A stretch of 64,000 bases of DNA from an uncultured Prevotellaceae bacterium. Its GTDB lineage: Bacteria; Bacteroidota; Bacteroidia; Bacteroidales; Bacteroidaceae. Positions 28,875-37,589 of the stretch are shown here, piece after piece (the first letter of the stretch is position 1; each line of letters starts with the position of its first letter). A program made the position numbers and the translations under genes. The stretch lies in the NCBI GenBank assembly GCA_937910905.1, contig CALEPV010000066.1, positions 19,759-83,758 of the forward strand. Reading direction: 5' to 3'. Below the pieces are notes generated by a model that did no database searches, had not been told where the DNA came from, and was given only the letters and a program-made list of their open reading frames with translations.

Positions 28875-28962
28875 TTGCACCGCGGTGCAGCTCTATTTGG
28901 ACCGCGGTGCAGCTGTCGTTGCACCGTGCTGCAGCGTGTGTTGCACCGCGGTGCAACTTTCG
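28875..28962 (+). repeat. Phased palindrome array, locus B (4 units plus CTTT tail)
   Basis: Units at 28875, 28897, 28919 and 28941: TTGCACCGCGGTGCAG, TTGGACCGCGGTGCAG, TTGCACCGTGCTGCAG, TTGCACCGCGGTGCAA, then CTTTCG. Confidence 0.95.
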
Positions 28963-30341
28963 GGCAGTGCGAACAGCGTGTGTGCCTCTATGTGCTGGCT
29001 GCGTATGCGCCACTCCTTCGGGTATAGGTTGTTGGCGCGGTTGCCCAGGTTCTTGGCTGGTCCCAGCTGCCGGCCCTGGTAGCACAGCTGCACGGTGCCG
29101 CGGGGCGTGTCGGCGGGCAGGGCGATGCTCTCGCGTTGCAGATACCGCAGTGCGTCGGTCAGGCTGACCTCCACTAGCGGGGTGCCGGTTGACACCTGCA
29201 GCGTATCTGTAGGCAGTGTCCTGACGCGTGCGGCTACGGCGGCAAGCAGGGGCGGCAGCGCAGGGCGGGCTGCTTGCTGCGCATAGGGTGTGCGCTGCGG
29301 CTTGCTGTGGTGGCTGTCGGTACGCTCGCGTCCCTTGGCGCGATTGCTACTCTTGGAGCTCTTGGCCTTGGTCAGCGACTCTATGGCTACCGTGATGTCT
29401 GACTGGCCATGCTTGCGCAGCACGGCCAGGAAGAAGCCTTCGCCCTGCACGTAGCCTGGCAGCAGGTGGCAGCAGTCGAGGCTCAGCATATCTGTTTCTG
29501 CGGTCGCGGCAGCTGCGCTGGGGGTAGCATCGCCTATGATGCCCCACTGTGCAGGCACGCTGAGCCTCACGATGTCGGCTCCCAGCTGGCTGGCAATCCA
29601 GTGCACATTGGCCTCGTCCTCCAGCGGGTTGAGGGTGCAGGTGCTGTAGATGAGCGTTCCGCCGTCGGCCAGTGCTGGCCAGATGTCGGCTATGATGCTG
29701 CGTTGCAGCTCGGCCAGCCGCTCCACGGCCTCTATGCTCCAGCCTTCCACGGCATCGGGCTCCTTGCGGAACATCCCCTCGCCAGAGCATGGAACGTCGG
29801 CCACTATCAGGTCGAATACGCCCTGCATTCGTCCCAGCTCCTCGGCTTGGGCATTGGTGCAGATGGTGTTCTGCGCCCTCCATTTGGCTATGTTCTCTGC
29901 CAGGATGTCGGCGCGTTTGGGCAGCGCTTCGTTGGCCACGAGGGTGCAACTGTCGGGCAGTACGGCGCGCATCAGCGTGGTCTTGCCGCCCGGAGCGGCG
30001 CAGAGGTCCAGTGCGCTGCGGTATGTGCCCTCACTGTCGGCGTGCAGCTGCCGCAAGGCGTAGGCCAGGAACATCGAACTGGCTTCCTGCACGTAGTAGG
30101 CTCCGGCGTGCAGCAGTGGGTCGGCAGTGAAGGTGGGCCGGCTCTGCAGGTACACCCCTTCCGGGCACCACGGCACTCTCCCTACCGCCCCATCCGGCTC
30201 AGCGTCGGCTGGCAGCATTGCGGGGTTCATGCGGATGCTCACTGGCGACGGCTCCTGCAAGCCTGCTGCGAAGCGCTGCACCACTTCGGGGCGCACGCGC
30301 TCGCTCAGCCACTCGATGTAGTTCCTGGGCAGCTGCACCAT
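28893..30341 (-). CDS. RsmB/RsmF-family (NOL1/NOP2/Sun) rRNA m5C methyltransferase
   Basis: DLCAAPGGKT and DVPCSGEGMFRK motifs. The last about 23 codons and the stop lie inside repeat locus B. Confidence 0.8.
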   Translation of the reverse strand: MVQLPRNYIEWLSERVRPEVVQRFAAGLQEPSPVSIRMNPAMLPADAEPDGAVGRVPWCPEGVYLQSRPTFTADPLLHAGAYYVQEASSMFLAYALRQLHADSEGTYRSALDLCAAPGGKTTLMRAVLPDSCTLVANEALPKRADILAENIAKWRAQNTICTNAQAEELGRMQGVFDLIVADVPCSGEGMFRKEPDAVEGWSIEAVERLAELQRSIIADIWPALADGGTLIYSTCTLNPLEDEANVHWIASQLGADIVRLSVPAQWGIIGDATPSAAAATAETDMLSLDCCHLLPGYVQGEGFFLAVLRKHGQSDITVAIESLTKAKSSKSSNRAKGRERTDSHHSKPQRTPYAQQAARPALPPLLAAVAARVRTLPTDTLQVSTGTPLVEVSLTDALRYLQRESIALPADTPRGTVQLCYQGRQLGPAKNLGNRANNLYPKEWRIRSQHIEAHTLFALPESCTAVQHTLQHGATTAAPRSK

Positions 30342-30346
30342 AGCAG

Positions 30347-31519
30347 TCAGTGCGCTACAGCCTTCTGGCCGTCAACCACCATTATACCGCGATGTGTGGC
30401 GGTGTCCACTGGACGGCCGCTCAGGTCGTAGCAAGTGGCTTGGGCTGATGTCCTGTCACTGTCGGCAGCGGGTGCTTCTACTGCATCTTCAGTGCTCCAG
30501 AAGGCATCGAGAGCCTTGCCGGGACGACCAGTCGATGCGAATGCACCCTTGTTATAAGCCTGCCAGTTGAGCTTTACATAGTAGGCTGGGCGCCACCACC
30601 CGTAGAGCTGTGGCTCCCAGTAGAATATGCCTGCACAGCCCTGCACGGCGCGCAGCTTCGTGAAGAGGTCGGTCATCACCTGCGATGCCAGCTGCTCGTT
30701 GGATGCCGCATAGCCGGTCTCGACAATCAGCACCGGCACCTTGTGGGTGCTGTACATATTGCGCACAGCTGTGGCCAGGGCCGTATTCTCGCTGGCCCAG
30801 TTGCTTTCGGGATAGTGCGACAGGCCTATTGCATCCAGCTTTCCGCCGGCGTTCTTGAAGTCGGTGTAGAACCATGTAGGGTCGTTGGCACCCTTGTCGT
30901 GGTGTACTATCACCTGTGCATCGGGCAGCACGGACTTCACTGCGTCGTAGCCTGCATTGCTCAGTGCCACGTAGTTGCCCCAGCCCTTGTCGGCTGTTCC
31001 ATTCCACAGCTTGCCATCGGGCCACAGCATACCGTTGGTGGTCTCATTGCCCACCTGCACCCATCGGGGCTCAATGCCTTCAGACTTCAGTGCCTGCAGG
31101 ATGTCGCGTGTGTGGTCGGCCACGGCCTGCTTCAGCTGGTCGAAGCTGTAGGCAGCCCATGCTGCGGGCTTGTCCTGACGGCTCGGGTCGGCGAAGAAGT
31201 CGCTGTAGTGCAGGTCTATCATCAGCTCCATGCCGGCAGCCTTCACGCGTTGTGCCTTGGCCAGGACGTCGGCCTTGTCGCTCCATGCGCCGTATGCGCT
31301 TTCGGGGTTGACCCACACGCGCAGGCGTATGGCGTTCATGCCGCCGTCGTGCAGCAGCTGCATCAGCTCGGTTTCACTGCCGTTGGTGTTGTAGAACTTC
31401 TTGCCGTCGGCTTCCATCTCGCTGCACCAGCTTACGTCGGCACCGCTGTAGAATGTCTGTGCGGCCAGGGGTGCAATAGTGGTCAGGGCCACAATCAGTG
31501 ATAATAGTGTTCGCTTCAT
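30347..31519 (-). CDS. Arabinogalactan endo-beta-1,4-galactanase (GH53), secreted
   Basis: Signal peptide, then GADVSW...NAIRLRVWVNP...VQVGNE motifs of GH53. Confidence 0.88.
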   Translation of the reverse strand: MKRTLLSLIVALTTIAPLAAQTFYSGADVSWCSEMEADGKKFYNTNGSETELMQLLHDGGMNAIRLRVWVNPESAYGAWSDKADVLAKAQRVKAAGMELMIDLHYSDFFADPSRQDKPAAWAAYSFDQLKQAVADHTRDILQALKSEGIEPRWVQVGNETTNGMLWPDGKLWNGTADKGWGNYVALSNAGYDAVKSVLPDAQVIVHHDKGANDPTWFYTDFKNAGGKLDAIGLSHYPESNWASENTALATAVRNMYSTHKVPVLIVETGYAASNEQLASQVMTDLFTKLRAVQGCAGIFYWEPQLYGWWRPAYYVKLNWQAYNKGAFASTGRPGKALDAFWSTEDAVEAPAADSDRTSAQATCYDLSGRPVDTATHRGIMVVDGQKAVAH

Positions 31520-31578
31520 AATATGAGATACGTATTGCTTGTTGCTATCGGCACGGGCGTTGGCATGCAGGGGGCAGC

Positions 31579-32604
31579 CTAGTCGAACAGTGTGGATTGG
31601 CCGTCGGTGATGAATCCCGCGGGGCGTCCCAGATGCTCGTAGGCCAGTTCGGTCACCTCGCGACCGCGCGGAGTGCGCTTGATGAAGCCTTCCTGTATGA
31701 GGAACGGCTCGTATACCTCCTCCACTGTGCCGGGGTCCTCGCCTATGGCGGTGGCTATGGTGGTGATGCCCACTGGCCCTCCCTTGAACTTGTCGATGAT
31801 GGCCAGGAGTATCTTGCGGTCTATCATGTCGAGGCCGTGGCGGTCTATGTTCAGTGCCTCCAGCGCGAAGCGGGCTATCTCCAGGTCAATCCGGCCGTTG
31901 CCTTTCACCTGGGCGAAGTCGCGCACACGGCGCAGCAGGGCATTGGCTATACGCGGGGTGCCGCGTGAGCGGCTGGCTATCTCGGCAGCTGCCCGGGTGT
32001 CGATGGGTTGGTTCAGGATGCCGGCCGAGCGCAGTATGATGCCCTGCAGGGTGGCAGCATCGTAGTACTCCAAGTGCATGTTGATGCCGAAGCGGGCGCG
32101 CAGCGGAGCGGTGAGCAGGCCGGAGCGCGTGGTGGCACCGACCAGCGTGAACGGGTTCAGGTCTATCTGTATACTGCGTGCGCTGGGGCCGCGGTCTATC
32201 ATTATGTCGATGCGGTAGTCCTCCATGGCTGAGTACAGATACTCCTCCACCACGGGCGACAAGCGGTGTATCTCGTCTATGAACAGCACGTCGCGCGGTT
32301 CCAGCGAGGTGAGTATACCTGCCAAGTCGCCGGGCTTATCGAGCACGGGGCCGCTGGTCAGCTTGAAGCCCACGCCCAGCTCGTTGGCTATGATATTGGA
32401 CAGCGTGGTCTTGCCAAGCCCCGGAGGGCCGTGCAGCAATGTGTGGTCGAGGGGTTCGCCACGGTACTTGGCGGCCTCGACGAATATCTGCAAGTTCTGC
32501 ACCACCTGCCGTTGGCCGGCGAAGTCGTCGAAGCGCAAGGGGCGCAGGGCCTGCTCAAAGTCGCGTTCAGGGTTCTGTTCGCGTATGTTGAAATCGGTGT
32601 CCAT
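31579..32604 (-). CDS. ruvB: Holliday junction branch migration helicase RuvB
   Basis: [12 protein letters not shown] Walker A, FIDEIHRL and the rest of the RuvB sequence. Confidence 0.97.
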   Translation of the reverse strand: MDTDFNIREQNPERDFEQALRPLRFDDFAGQRQVVQNLQIFVEAAKYRGEPLDHTLLHGPPGLGKTTLSNIIANELGVGFKLTSGPVLDKPGDLAGILTSLEPRDVLFIDEIHRLSPVVEEYLYSAMEDYRIDIMIDRGPSARSIQIDLNPFTLVGATTRSGLLTAPLRARFGINMHLEYYDAATLQGIILRSAGILNQPIDTRAAAEIASRSRGTPRIANALLRRVRDFAQVKGNGRIDLEIARFALEALNIDRHGLDMIDRKILLAIIDKFKGGPVGITTIATAIGEDPGTVEEVYEPFLIQEGFIKRTPRGREVTELAYEHLGRPAGFITDGQSTLFD

Positions 32605-32621
32605 AGGGCGTTGGTGTGGGG

Positions 32622-33608
32622 TTACAGCTTCACCTCGTTGAGGTCTATCAGCTTGTTGACTATGGCGTATATGGTCAGTCCTGCTGGCGAGTGGATCTGT
32701 GTTTTGCGTGCTATGTTGCGACGGTGCGTCATCACGGTGTTGGTGGATATGAACATCTGCTCGGCTATCTCCTTGTTGGACAGTCCGCGCACCACCATGC
32801 GCACCACTTCCTTCTCGCGTTTCGACAATCCGTCGGGGTCGTCGTCGGTGTCGGCATCCGCTTTGCCTGCTGTGGCTGAGCCCTGTGCCGACTCTGCCTT
32901 GACGCGCTCGCGTATATCCTGCTCCAGCTGATGTACGGCTTCGGCAAAAAGTGTGTCCTCCAGCTGACAGTGGCTGAACAGATCTTCCTCCATGATGTAG
33001 ATGTCCATCAAGGCGTCCAGTAGCTGCTGCGTGTCGCTGCCCTTGGGGTAGTACTTGACGATGATGCTCTTCAGCTCGTGCGAACTGTTGTAGAGCGAGG
33101 AGTGGTTGTCGTGGTGCTGGTGGGCCAGCGCTGTGTACGACGCGCGTCCTTCCGGCAACTTGCCGTCGAGCAGCAGCTGCACGTAGGTGTGGATGTGCTG
33201 GTTCTCGTACTCCATGTGGCGGCTCACTTCGGCAGCATATTCGTCGTAGAACTTCAGTATCAGGACGGTGATTTGATTCTCAGTCGAGCAGTTGATGGCC
33301 TCAATGAGTTTGCGCCTGATGGCTGGCAGGCGGAAGTTCACAAAGTAGCTGTGCGACCGCTGCAGGTATCTCATCAGCTCGGCCACACTCACCTGCCGCA
33401 CCAGCTCCTGCACCTTCAGGTTGCCTCCGCTCTGTATGAAGTTGACCACTGCAAGAAAGGTTGGGGTGTGCACGTTGCTGGCTTCGCAGGCGGTTTCGAC
33501 CGTTTGCTCGCCAAAGCCCAGCACTACGCCGAAGCGCGAGATGACTTGTAGCAATCGATAGTCATCGTGTATGAGGTCGCTCATGTGAGCCTGTTGAGTG
33601 AATTGCAT
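32622..33608 (-). CDS. LuxR-family HTH regulator with N-terminal ScdA/hemerythrin-like sensor region
   Basis: C-terminal [39 protein letters not shown] (LuxR HTH). N-terminal [12 protein letters not shown]... and His/Glu-rich helices. Start trimmed to MQFTQQ at 33608. Confidence 0.7.
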   Translation of the reverse strand: MQFTQQAHMSDLIHDDYRLLQVISRFGVVLGFGEQTVETACEASNVHTPTFLAVVNFIQSGGNLKVQELVRQVSVAELMRYLQRSHSYFVNFRLPAIRRKLIEAINCSTENQITVLILKFYDEYAAEVSRHMEYENQHIHTYVQLLLDGKLPEGRASYTALAHQHHDNHSSLYNSSHELKSIIVKYYPKGSDTQQLLDALMDIYIMEEDLFSHCQLEDTLFAEAVHQLEQDIRERVKAESAQGSATAGKADADTDDDPDGLSKREKEVVRMVVRGLSNKEIAEQMFISTNTVMTHRRNIARKTQIHSPAGLTIYAIVNKLIDLNEVKL

Positions 33609-33639
33609 AGGCGTCTGGTTTATCGTTGAATTGTTGTGC

Positions 33640-34785
33640 TCATTGGCGTTTGCGCCACTTTCCCAGCAGCGCGGATATGTCGTCTGGCAGCGGGCAGCTG
33701 AAGTCCATCTCCTCTCCGGTGCGCGGGTGCTGGAAGCCCAACGTGCGCGCGTGTAGCACTTGGCGCGGACAGATGTCCAGGCAGTTGCGTATGAACTGCT
33801 TGTAGGCCGCGGTGGGCTGCCCTCGCAGTATCTCTGTGCCGCCGTACCGTTCGTCAGCAAACAGCGGGTGTCCGATGCTGCGCATGTGGGCTCTTATCTG
33901 GTGCGTGCGCCCCGTTTCGAGGCGGCACTCGATCCATGTGACGTATCCGAAGGGCTCGATGACGCGCCAGTGGGTCACGGCGGGCTTGCCCTGGTCGGAG
34001 TCGGGCGGCAGTACGGTCATGCGCAGACGGTCCTTGGGGTCGCGCGCTATGTTGCCCTCTATGCGGCCGCTATCGTTGTCGAAGTGTCCCCACACCAGGG
34101 CGTTGTACAGCCTTCGGGTGCTCTTGACGAAGAACTGATGGCTCAGCCGGGCCTTGGCTTCAGCGTTCTTAGCCACCACCAGCAGCCCGCTGGTGTCCTT
34201 GTCTATACGGTGCACGAGGCCCACTGAAGGGTCGTTGGGGTCGTAGCTCTTGAGGTCGCGCAGGTGGTAGGCCAGCGCATTGACCAGCGTTCCGGTGTAG
34301 TTGCCGCATCCCGGATGTACCACCAAGCCGGCCGGCTTATTAAGCACCAGCAGGTCGTCGTCCTCGTAGACGATGTCCAGCGGTATGGGCTCAGGTGCTA
34401 TCTCGGTGACTATGCGCGGGTGGTCGAGCATCAGTGTCACCACATCGTGTGGCTTCACCTTGTAGTTGCTCTTGACGGCGCGGTCGTTGACGTGTATGCA
34501 TCCGGCTTCGGCCGCACGCTGGATGCGAGCCCTGGATGTGTCGCGCAGATGGTCCATGAGGAACTTGTCCACGCGCAGCGGTTCCTGCCCCTTGTCGGCC
34601 ACCACGCGGCGATGCTCGTAGAGGTGTCCGCTTGCATCGGCTTCTATGCTGACATCTCCGTAGGCTCCCTGCGCATTGCCGTCAGGTCCCAGTGCCTCTC
34701 CGCCGGCCTCGAGTGCTTCGTCGAGCTCCAGCTCGTCGTAGATGTCGTTGTCCCAGATTGCGCTATGGTCACTCGTCGAACCCAT
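33640..34785 (-). CDS. rluD: 23S rRNA pseudouridine synthase, RluD/RluA family
   Basis: S4 domain (RVDKFL), HRIDKDTSGLLVVAK catalytic motif. Start uncertain (34785 or 34839); it overlaps the 3' end of the upstream gene. Confidence 0.88.
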   Translation of the reverse strand: MGSTSDHSAIWDNDIYDELELDEALEAGGEALGPDGNAQGAYGDVSIEADASGHLYEHRRVVADKGQEPLRVDKFLMDHLRDTSRARIQRAAEAGCIHVNDRAVKSNYKVKPHDVVTLMLDHPRIVTEIAPEPIPLDIVYEDDDLLVLNKPAGLVVHPGCGNYTGTLVNALAYHLRDLKSYDPNDPSVGLVHRIDKDTSGLLVVAKNAEAKARLSHQFFVKSTRRLYNALVWGHFDNDSGRIEGNIARDPKDRLRMTVLPPDSDQGKPAVTHWRVIEPFGYVTWIECRLETGRTHQIRAHMRSIGHPLFADERYGGTEILRGQPTAAYKQFIRNCLDICPRQVLHARTLGFQHPRTGEEMDFSCPLPDDISALLGKWRKRQ

Positions 34786-35404
34786 CGATGCTGTATGTGT
34801 TGTCGGCTTCGTTGGTCCAGTCGTCCACGTCGTCGTCATCGCCGAACTCGTCGAGGCCGCGTCCTACTTGCAGCACCAGCGGCACGTCGATGGGCACTCG
34901 CTCGCCCTTGTACACATTGCGTCCGTGACTCTTCACGCCGTATACCCAGTCTTTGTCGCCGTCGACATACTCCACCGGTCCCAGTCGGAATCCTATTCCG
35001 GTGAGCTGCTGCTGTGCTTCGCGCAGCGAGCAGTTGTCGGCTATGTCGGGTATGGGCAGTGTGGGCTTGTTCTGTGCGTTGACGGTGAGGTATATCTCGC
35101 GTCCTGCCTTGACCTGCCGTCCTCCGTGCGGATCCTGGTCGATGACTGCTCCTGGCGGCAGTTCCTTGCTGTAGGCAGAGTCGACAACCACTGGTACCAG
35201 ACCGTTGCGAGCCAGCGTGTAGCTGGCGTCGCTCTCCATCATGCCTCGCACATTGGGCACCTCCACAGCTTCGCCGTGGTGGGTGTAGACGGCCATGAGC
35301 TTCCATGCTCCCACGATGGTGAGCACCACCAGCAGTATCATACCGAGCAGGTTGAGCCCTACCATGGGGCTGAACAGTTTCTTGAAAAAGTCTTTTGCTG
35401 CCAT
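34769..35404 (-). CDS. PASTA-domain membrane protein
   Basis: N-terminal TM (LNLLGMILLVVLTIVGAW) followed by PASTA-like repeats (VEVPNVRGM..., IPDIADNCSLREAQQQL). Start trimmed to MAAKDFF at 35404. Confidence 0.65.
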   Translation of the reverse strand: MAAKDFFKKLFSPMVGLNLLGMILLVVLTIVGAWKLMAVYTHHGEAVEVPNVRGMMESDASYTLARNGLVPVVVDSAYSKELPPGAVIDQDPHGGRQVKAGREIYLTVNAQNKPTLPIPDIADNCSLREAQQQLTGIGFRLGPVEYVDGDKDWVYGVKSHGRNVYKGERVPIDVPLVLQVGRGLDEFGDDDDVDDWTNEADNTYSIDGFDE

Positions 35405-35432
35405 TGTTCGGTGTTGTGTAATATGAAACAGC

Positions 35433-35481
35433 GAGGGGAACAAGAGAACAAGACATTAAGTCTGTTTCCCTTGTTCTCCTC
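35433..35481 (-). terminator. Imperfect stem-loop downstream of rpmH
   Basis: GAGGGGAACAAGAGAACA ... TGTTTCCCTTGTTCTCCTC, about 16 of 19 positions paired. On the minus strand it is followed by GCTGTTTCATATT. Confidence 0.45.
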
Positions 35482-35515
35482 GTTGATGTCGATGCTCTAC
35501 GAGCTAGGGCTTGAA

Positions 35516-35677
35516 TCAGTGTCCTTTGCCGTGGAACTCTTCGCTTACTGTGAGCTTCTTGCGGCCCTTGGCTCGACGTGCAGCCAGTACGCGGCGTCCG
35601 TTGGCTGTGAGCATTCTCTGGCGGAAGCCATGCTTGTTCATGCGCCTCCGGTTGTGTGGTTGGAACGTTCTTTTCAT
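35516..35677 (-). CDS. rpmH: 50S ribosomal protein L34
   Basis: Absent from the ORF track (53 aa). Hand translation gives [53 protein letters not shown] followed by a stop codon, the canonical L34 sequence. Confidence 0.93.
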   Translation of the reverse strand: MKRTFQPHNRRRMNKHGFRQRMLTANGRRVLAARRAKGRKKLTVSEEFHGKGH

Positions 35678-35747
35678 TTCAGTATATACTTTTGATTTTG
35701 TTGTCTGTGCGTACAGAAGTGTTTAGCCTATGCGGGCTAACGGGCTG

Positions 35748-35755
35748 CAAAATTA
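35748..35755 (-). promoter_or_regulatory. -7 box TAatTTTG for rpmH
   Basis: Reverse complement reads TAATTTTG, 70 nt upstream of ATG 35677. A shared 12-mer lies 9 nt further upstream (see findings). Confidence 0.5.
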
Positions 35756-35830
35756 GGCACTTTTTTCCATTCGAGCAAGCATTGCCGCATTTTTAGGCCT
35801 TGTTATTGCGCATTTTTAGCTGATTTACAC

Positions 35831-35838
35831 TACCTTTG
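35831..35838 (+). promoter_or_regulatory. -7 box TAccTTTG for efp
   Basis: TACCTTTG 63 nt upstream of ATG 35902. Confidence 0.55.
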
Positions 35839-35901
35839 CACCCGCAAATGGCACAATGCGTGCCTTTTCCACGTTTATTTCTTACACTATACATTTATAT
35901 T

Positions 35902-36468
35902 ATGATCAATTCACAAGACATCAAGAAGGGCACATGCATCCGCATGGATGGCAAGCTCTATTTCTGCATCGACTTCCTGCACGTGAAGCCTGGCAAGGGC
36001 AACACCATCATGCGTACCACGCTGAAGGACGTGGTCAGCGGCAATGTGCTGGAGCGTCGCTTCAACATCGGTGAGAAGCTGGAGGACGTACGCGTGGAGC
36101 GTCGTAGCTACCAGTACCTCTACATGGAGGGCGAGGACTACATCTTCATGAACAATGAGACATTCGAGCAGATTCCCATCGCGAAGGATCTGATCAACGG
36201 TGTGAACTTCATGAAGGAGGGTGAGAACGTGGAGGTTGTCACCGACGCCAGCACCGAGACTGTGCTCTATGCCGACGTTCCTGTGAAGGTTAAGCTGGCC
36301 ATCACCTGGACAGAGCCCGGCCTGAAGGGTGACACAGCTACCAACACACTGAAGCCTGCCCGCGTGGAGACCGGCGCCGAGATCCGTGTGCCTTTGTTCA
36401 TCAACGAGGGCGAGATTGTGGAGGTCGATACCCGCGATGGCAGCTATCTGGGTCGTGTAAAGGCATAA
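35902..36468 (+). CDS. efp: Translation elongation factor P
   Basis: MINSQDIKKGTCIRMDGKLYFCIDFLHVKPGKGNTIMRTTLKD... is canonical EF-P. The track start 35836 is a TTG upstream extension. Confidence 0.96.
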   Translation: MINSQDIKKGTCIRMDGKLYFCIDFLHVKPGKGNTIMRTTLKDVVSGNVLERRFNIGEKLEDVRVERRSYQYLYMEGEDYIFMNNETFEQIPIAKDLINGVNFMKEGENVEVVTDASTETVLYADVPVKVKLAITWTEPGLKGDTATNTLKPARVETGAEIRVPLFINEGEIVEVDTRDGSYLGRVKA

Positions 36469-36517
36469 CCGCACTGGCATATCGCGGTGTCGGAACCTTG
36501 GCATTGCGATGTAGCTT

Positions 36518-36606
36518 AAAAAACATGCGCGTGTTAAATAAATGACACGCGCATGTTTTTTATTTAACACGCGCGTGTCATTTATTTAACACGCGCATGT
36601 TTTTTG
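36518..36606. terminator. A-tract/hairpin/T-tract bidirectional terminator embedded in a 4-unit, 22-bp-phased palindrome array
   Basis: 12-nt cores at 36523 (ACATGCGCGTGT), 36545 (ACACGCGCATGT), 36567 (ACACGCGCGTGT) and 36589 (ACACGCGCATGT). Cores 1 and 2 are exact reverse complements, flanked by AAAAA and TTTTTT. Core 4 is followed by TTTTT. Confidence 0.75.
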
Positions 36607-36729
36607 TGCGTTGTCGCGGTGCGATGGCTGAAACGCCGCATTGTCAGCGGCTTTGGGGCGGGTTGGCTGTAGCTTCGTCTTGGGGTCGTGACAACTTTGC
36701 CTTGGGCTCGCAGATGTTTTGCTTAGGAA

Positions 36730-37572
36730 TCAGCGTTGCAGCGTAAGCCGCAGGGTACCGACGAAGCGTGCGTTCTTGCCCATTTGGTTGTCTGGCACAG
36801 GCAGACCGTCGAGGTTGTTCTGTATGCGCGGGCGCTCGAAGTAGGTGTGGCTGTGCCCGCCCAGCACGAGGTCTATGTTGCGTGTGCCGGCGATGAAGTC
36901 CTCGTCGGTGAGGCCCGGTATGCCCCATCCGAGGTGCGACAGGCAGACCACAAGGTTGCAGTGCTCAGTGTTGCGCAGATAGTCGGCTACGGGCTGTGCG
37001 GCCTCGATGGGGTTGCGGTAGCTGACGCCCTCGCAGGTGGCCTTCGCCACCAGACCTTCCAGCTGGGGCGACACGCCGAGCACACCGATGCGCAGACCGC
37101 TGCGCTCGATGATGACGTAGGGCTTCACCAGCCCTTCGCAGGCGGTGCCGGTGAAGTCGTAGTTGCAGCACACGATGGGGAACTGTGCCAGCCGGAAGAT
37201 GCGTGCCATGTTCTCCACACCGAAGTCGAATTCGTGGTTGCCTATGGTGGCAGCGTCGTAGCGCATGAGGTTCATCAGCCCCACCTCCACGTCGCCGTGG
37301 TACAGCGAGTAGTAGGGTGAGCCCTGCGAGAAGTCGCCGCAGTCGAACAGCAACAGGTCGGGGTCGGCGGTGCGCAGGTCGCGCAGCAGTGCTGCACGGC
37401 GCAGGTAGCCGCCCTTGTTGGCCTGCGTGGTGTCGGGCATGTTGGGGTTGAGCGGCACTATGCACGAGTGTGTGTCGTTGGTGTGTACCACCAGTATGCT
37501 CTTTGTGTCCTGTGCCGAGGCAGTCAGTACGGCAGCTGTGGCGAGCACTATATATAATAATGTATGGCGCAT
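36730..37572 (-). CDS. Secreted metallophosphoesterase (5'-nucleotidase N-terminal half)
   Basis: Signal peptide. HTNDTH, GDFSQGS, GNHEFD and GGHSH motifs. Confidence 0.8.
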   Translation of the reverse strand: MRHTLLYIVLATAAVLTASAQDTKSILVVHTNDTHSCIVPLNPNMPDTTQANKGGYLRRAALLRDLRTADPDLLLFDCGDFSQGSPYYSLYHGDVEVGLMNLMRYDAATIGNHEFDFGVENMARIFRLAQFPIVCCNYDFTGTACEGLVKPYVIIERSGLRIGVLGVSPQLEGLVAKATCEGVSYRNPIEAAQPVADYLRNTEHCNLVVCLSHLGWGIPGLTDEDFIAGTRNIDLVLGGHSHTYFERPRIQNNLDGLPVPDNQMGKNARFVGTLRLTLQR

Positions 37573-37589
37573 GATACTTTTCTGGTTAA

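Noticed and set aside
27838-29085. 415-aa ORF on the minus strand
   Set aside because: It is an alternative frame of sufS that continues through repeat locus B. It is Arg/Pro/Ala/Gly-rich with no motifs.
33609-33860. 84-codon N-terminal extension of the LuxR-type ORF
   Set aside because: It overlaps the rluD 3' end and is Arg/Ser/Thr/Ala-rich. The conserved ScdA-like sequence starts at [11 protein letters not shown] (ATG 33608).
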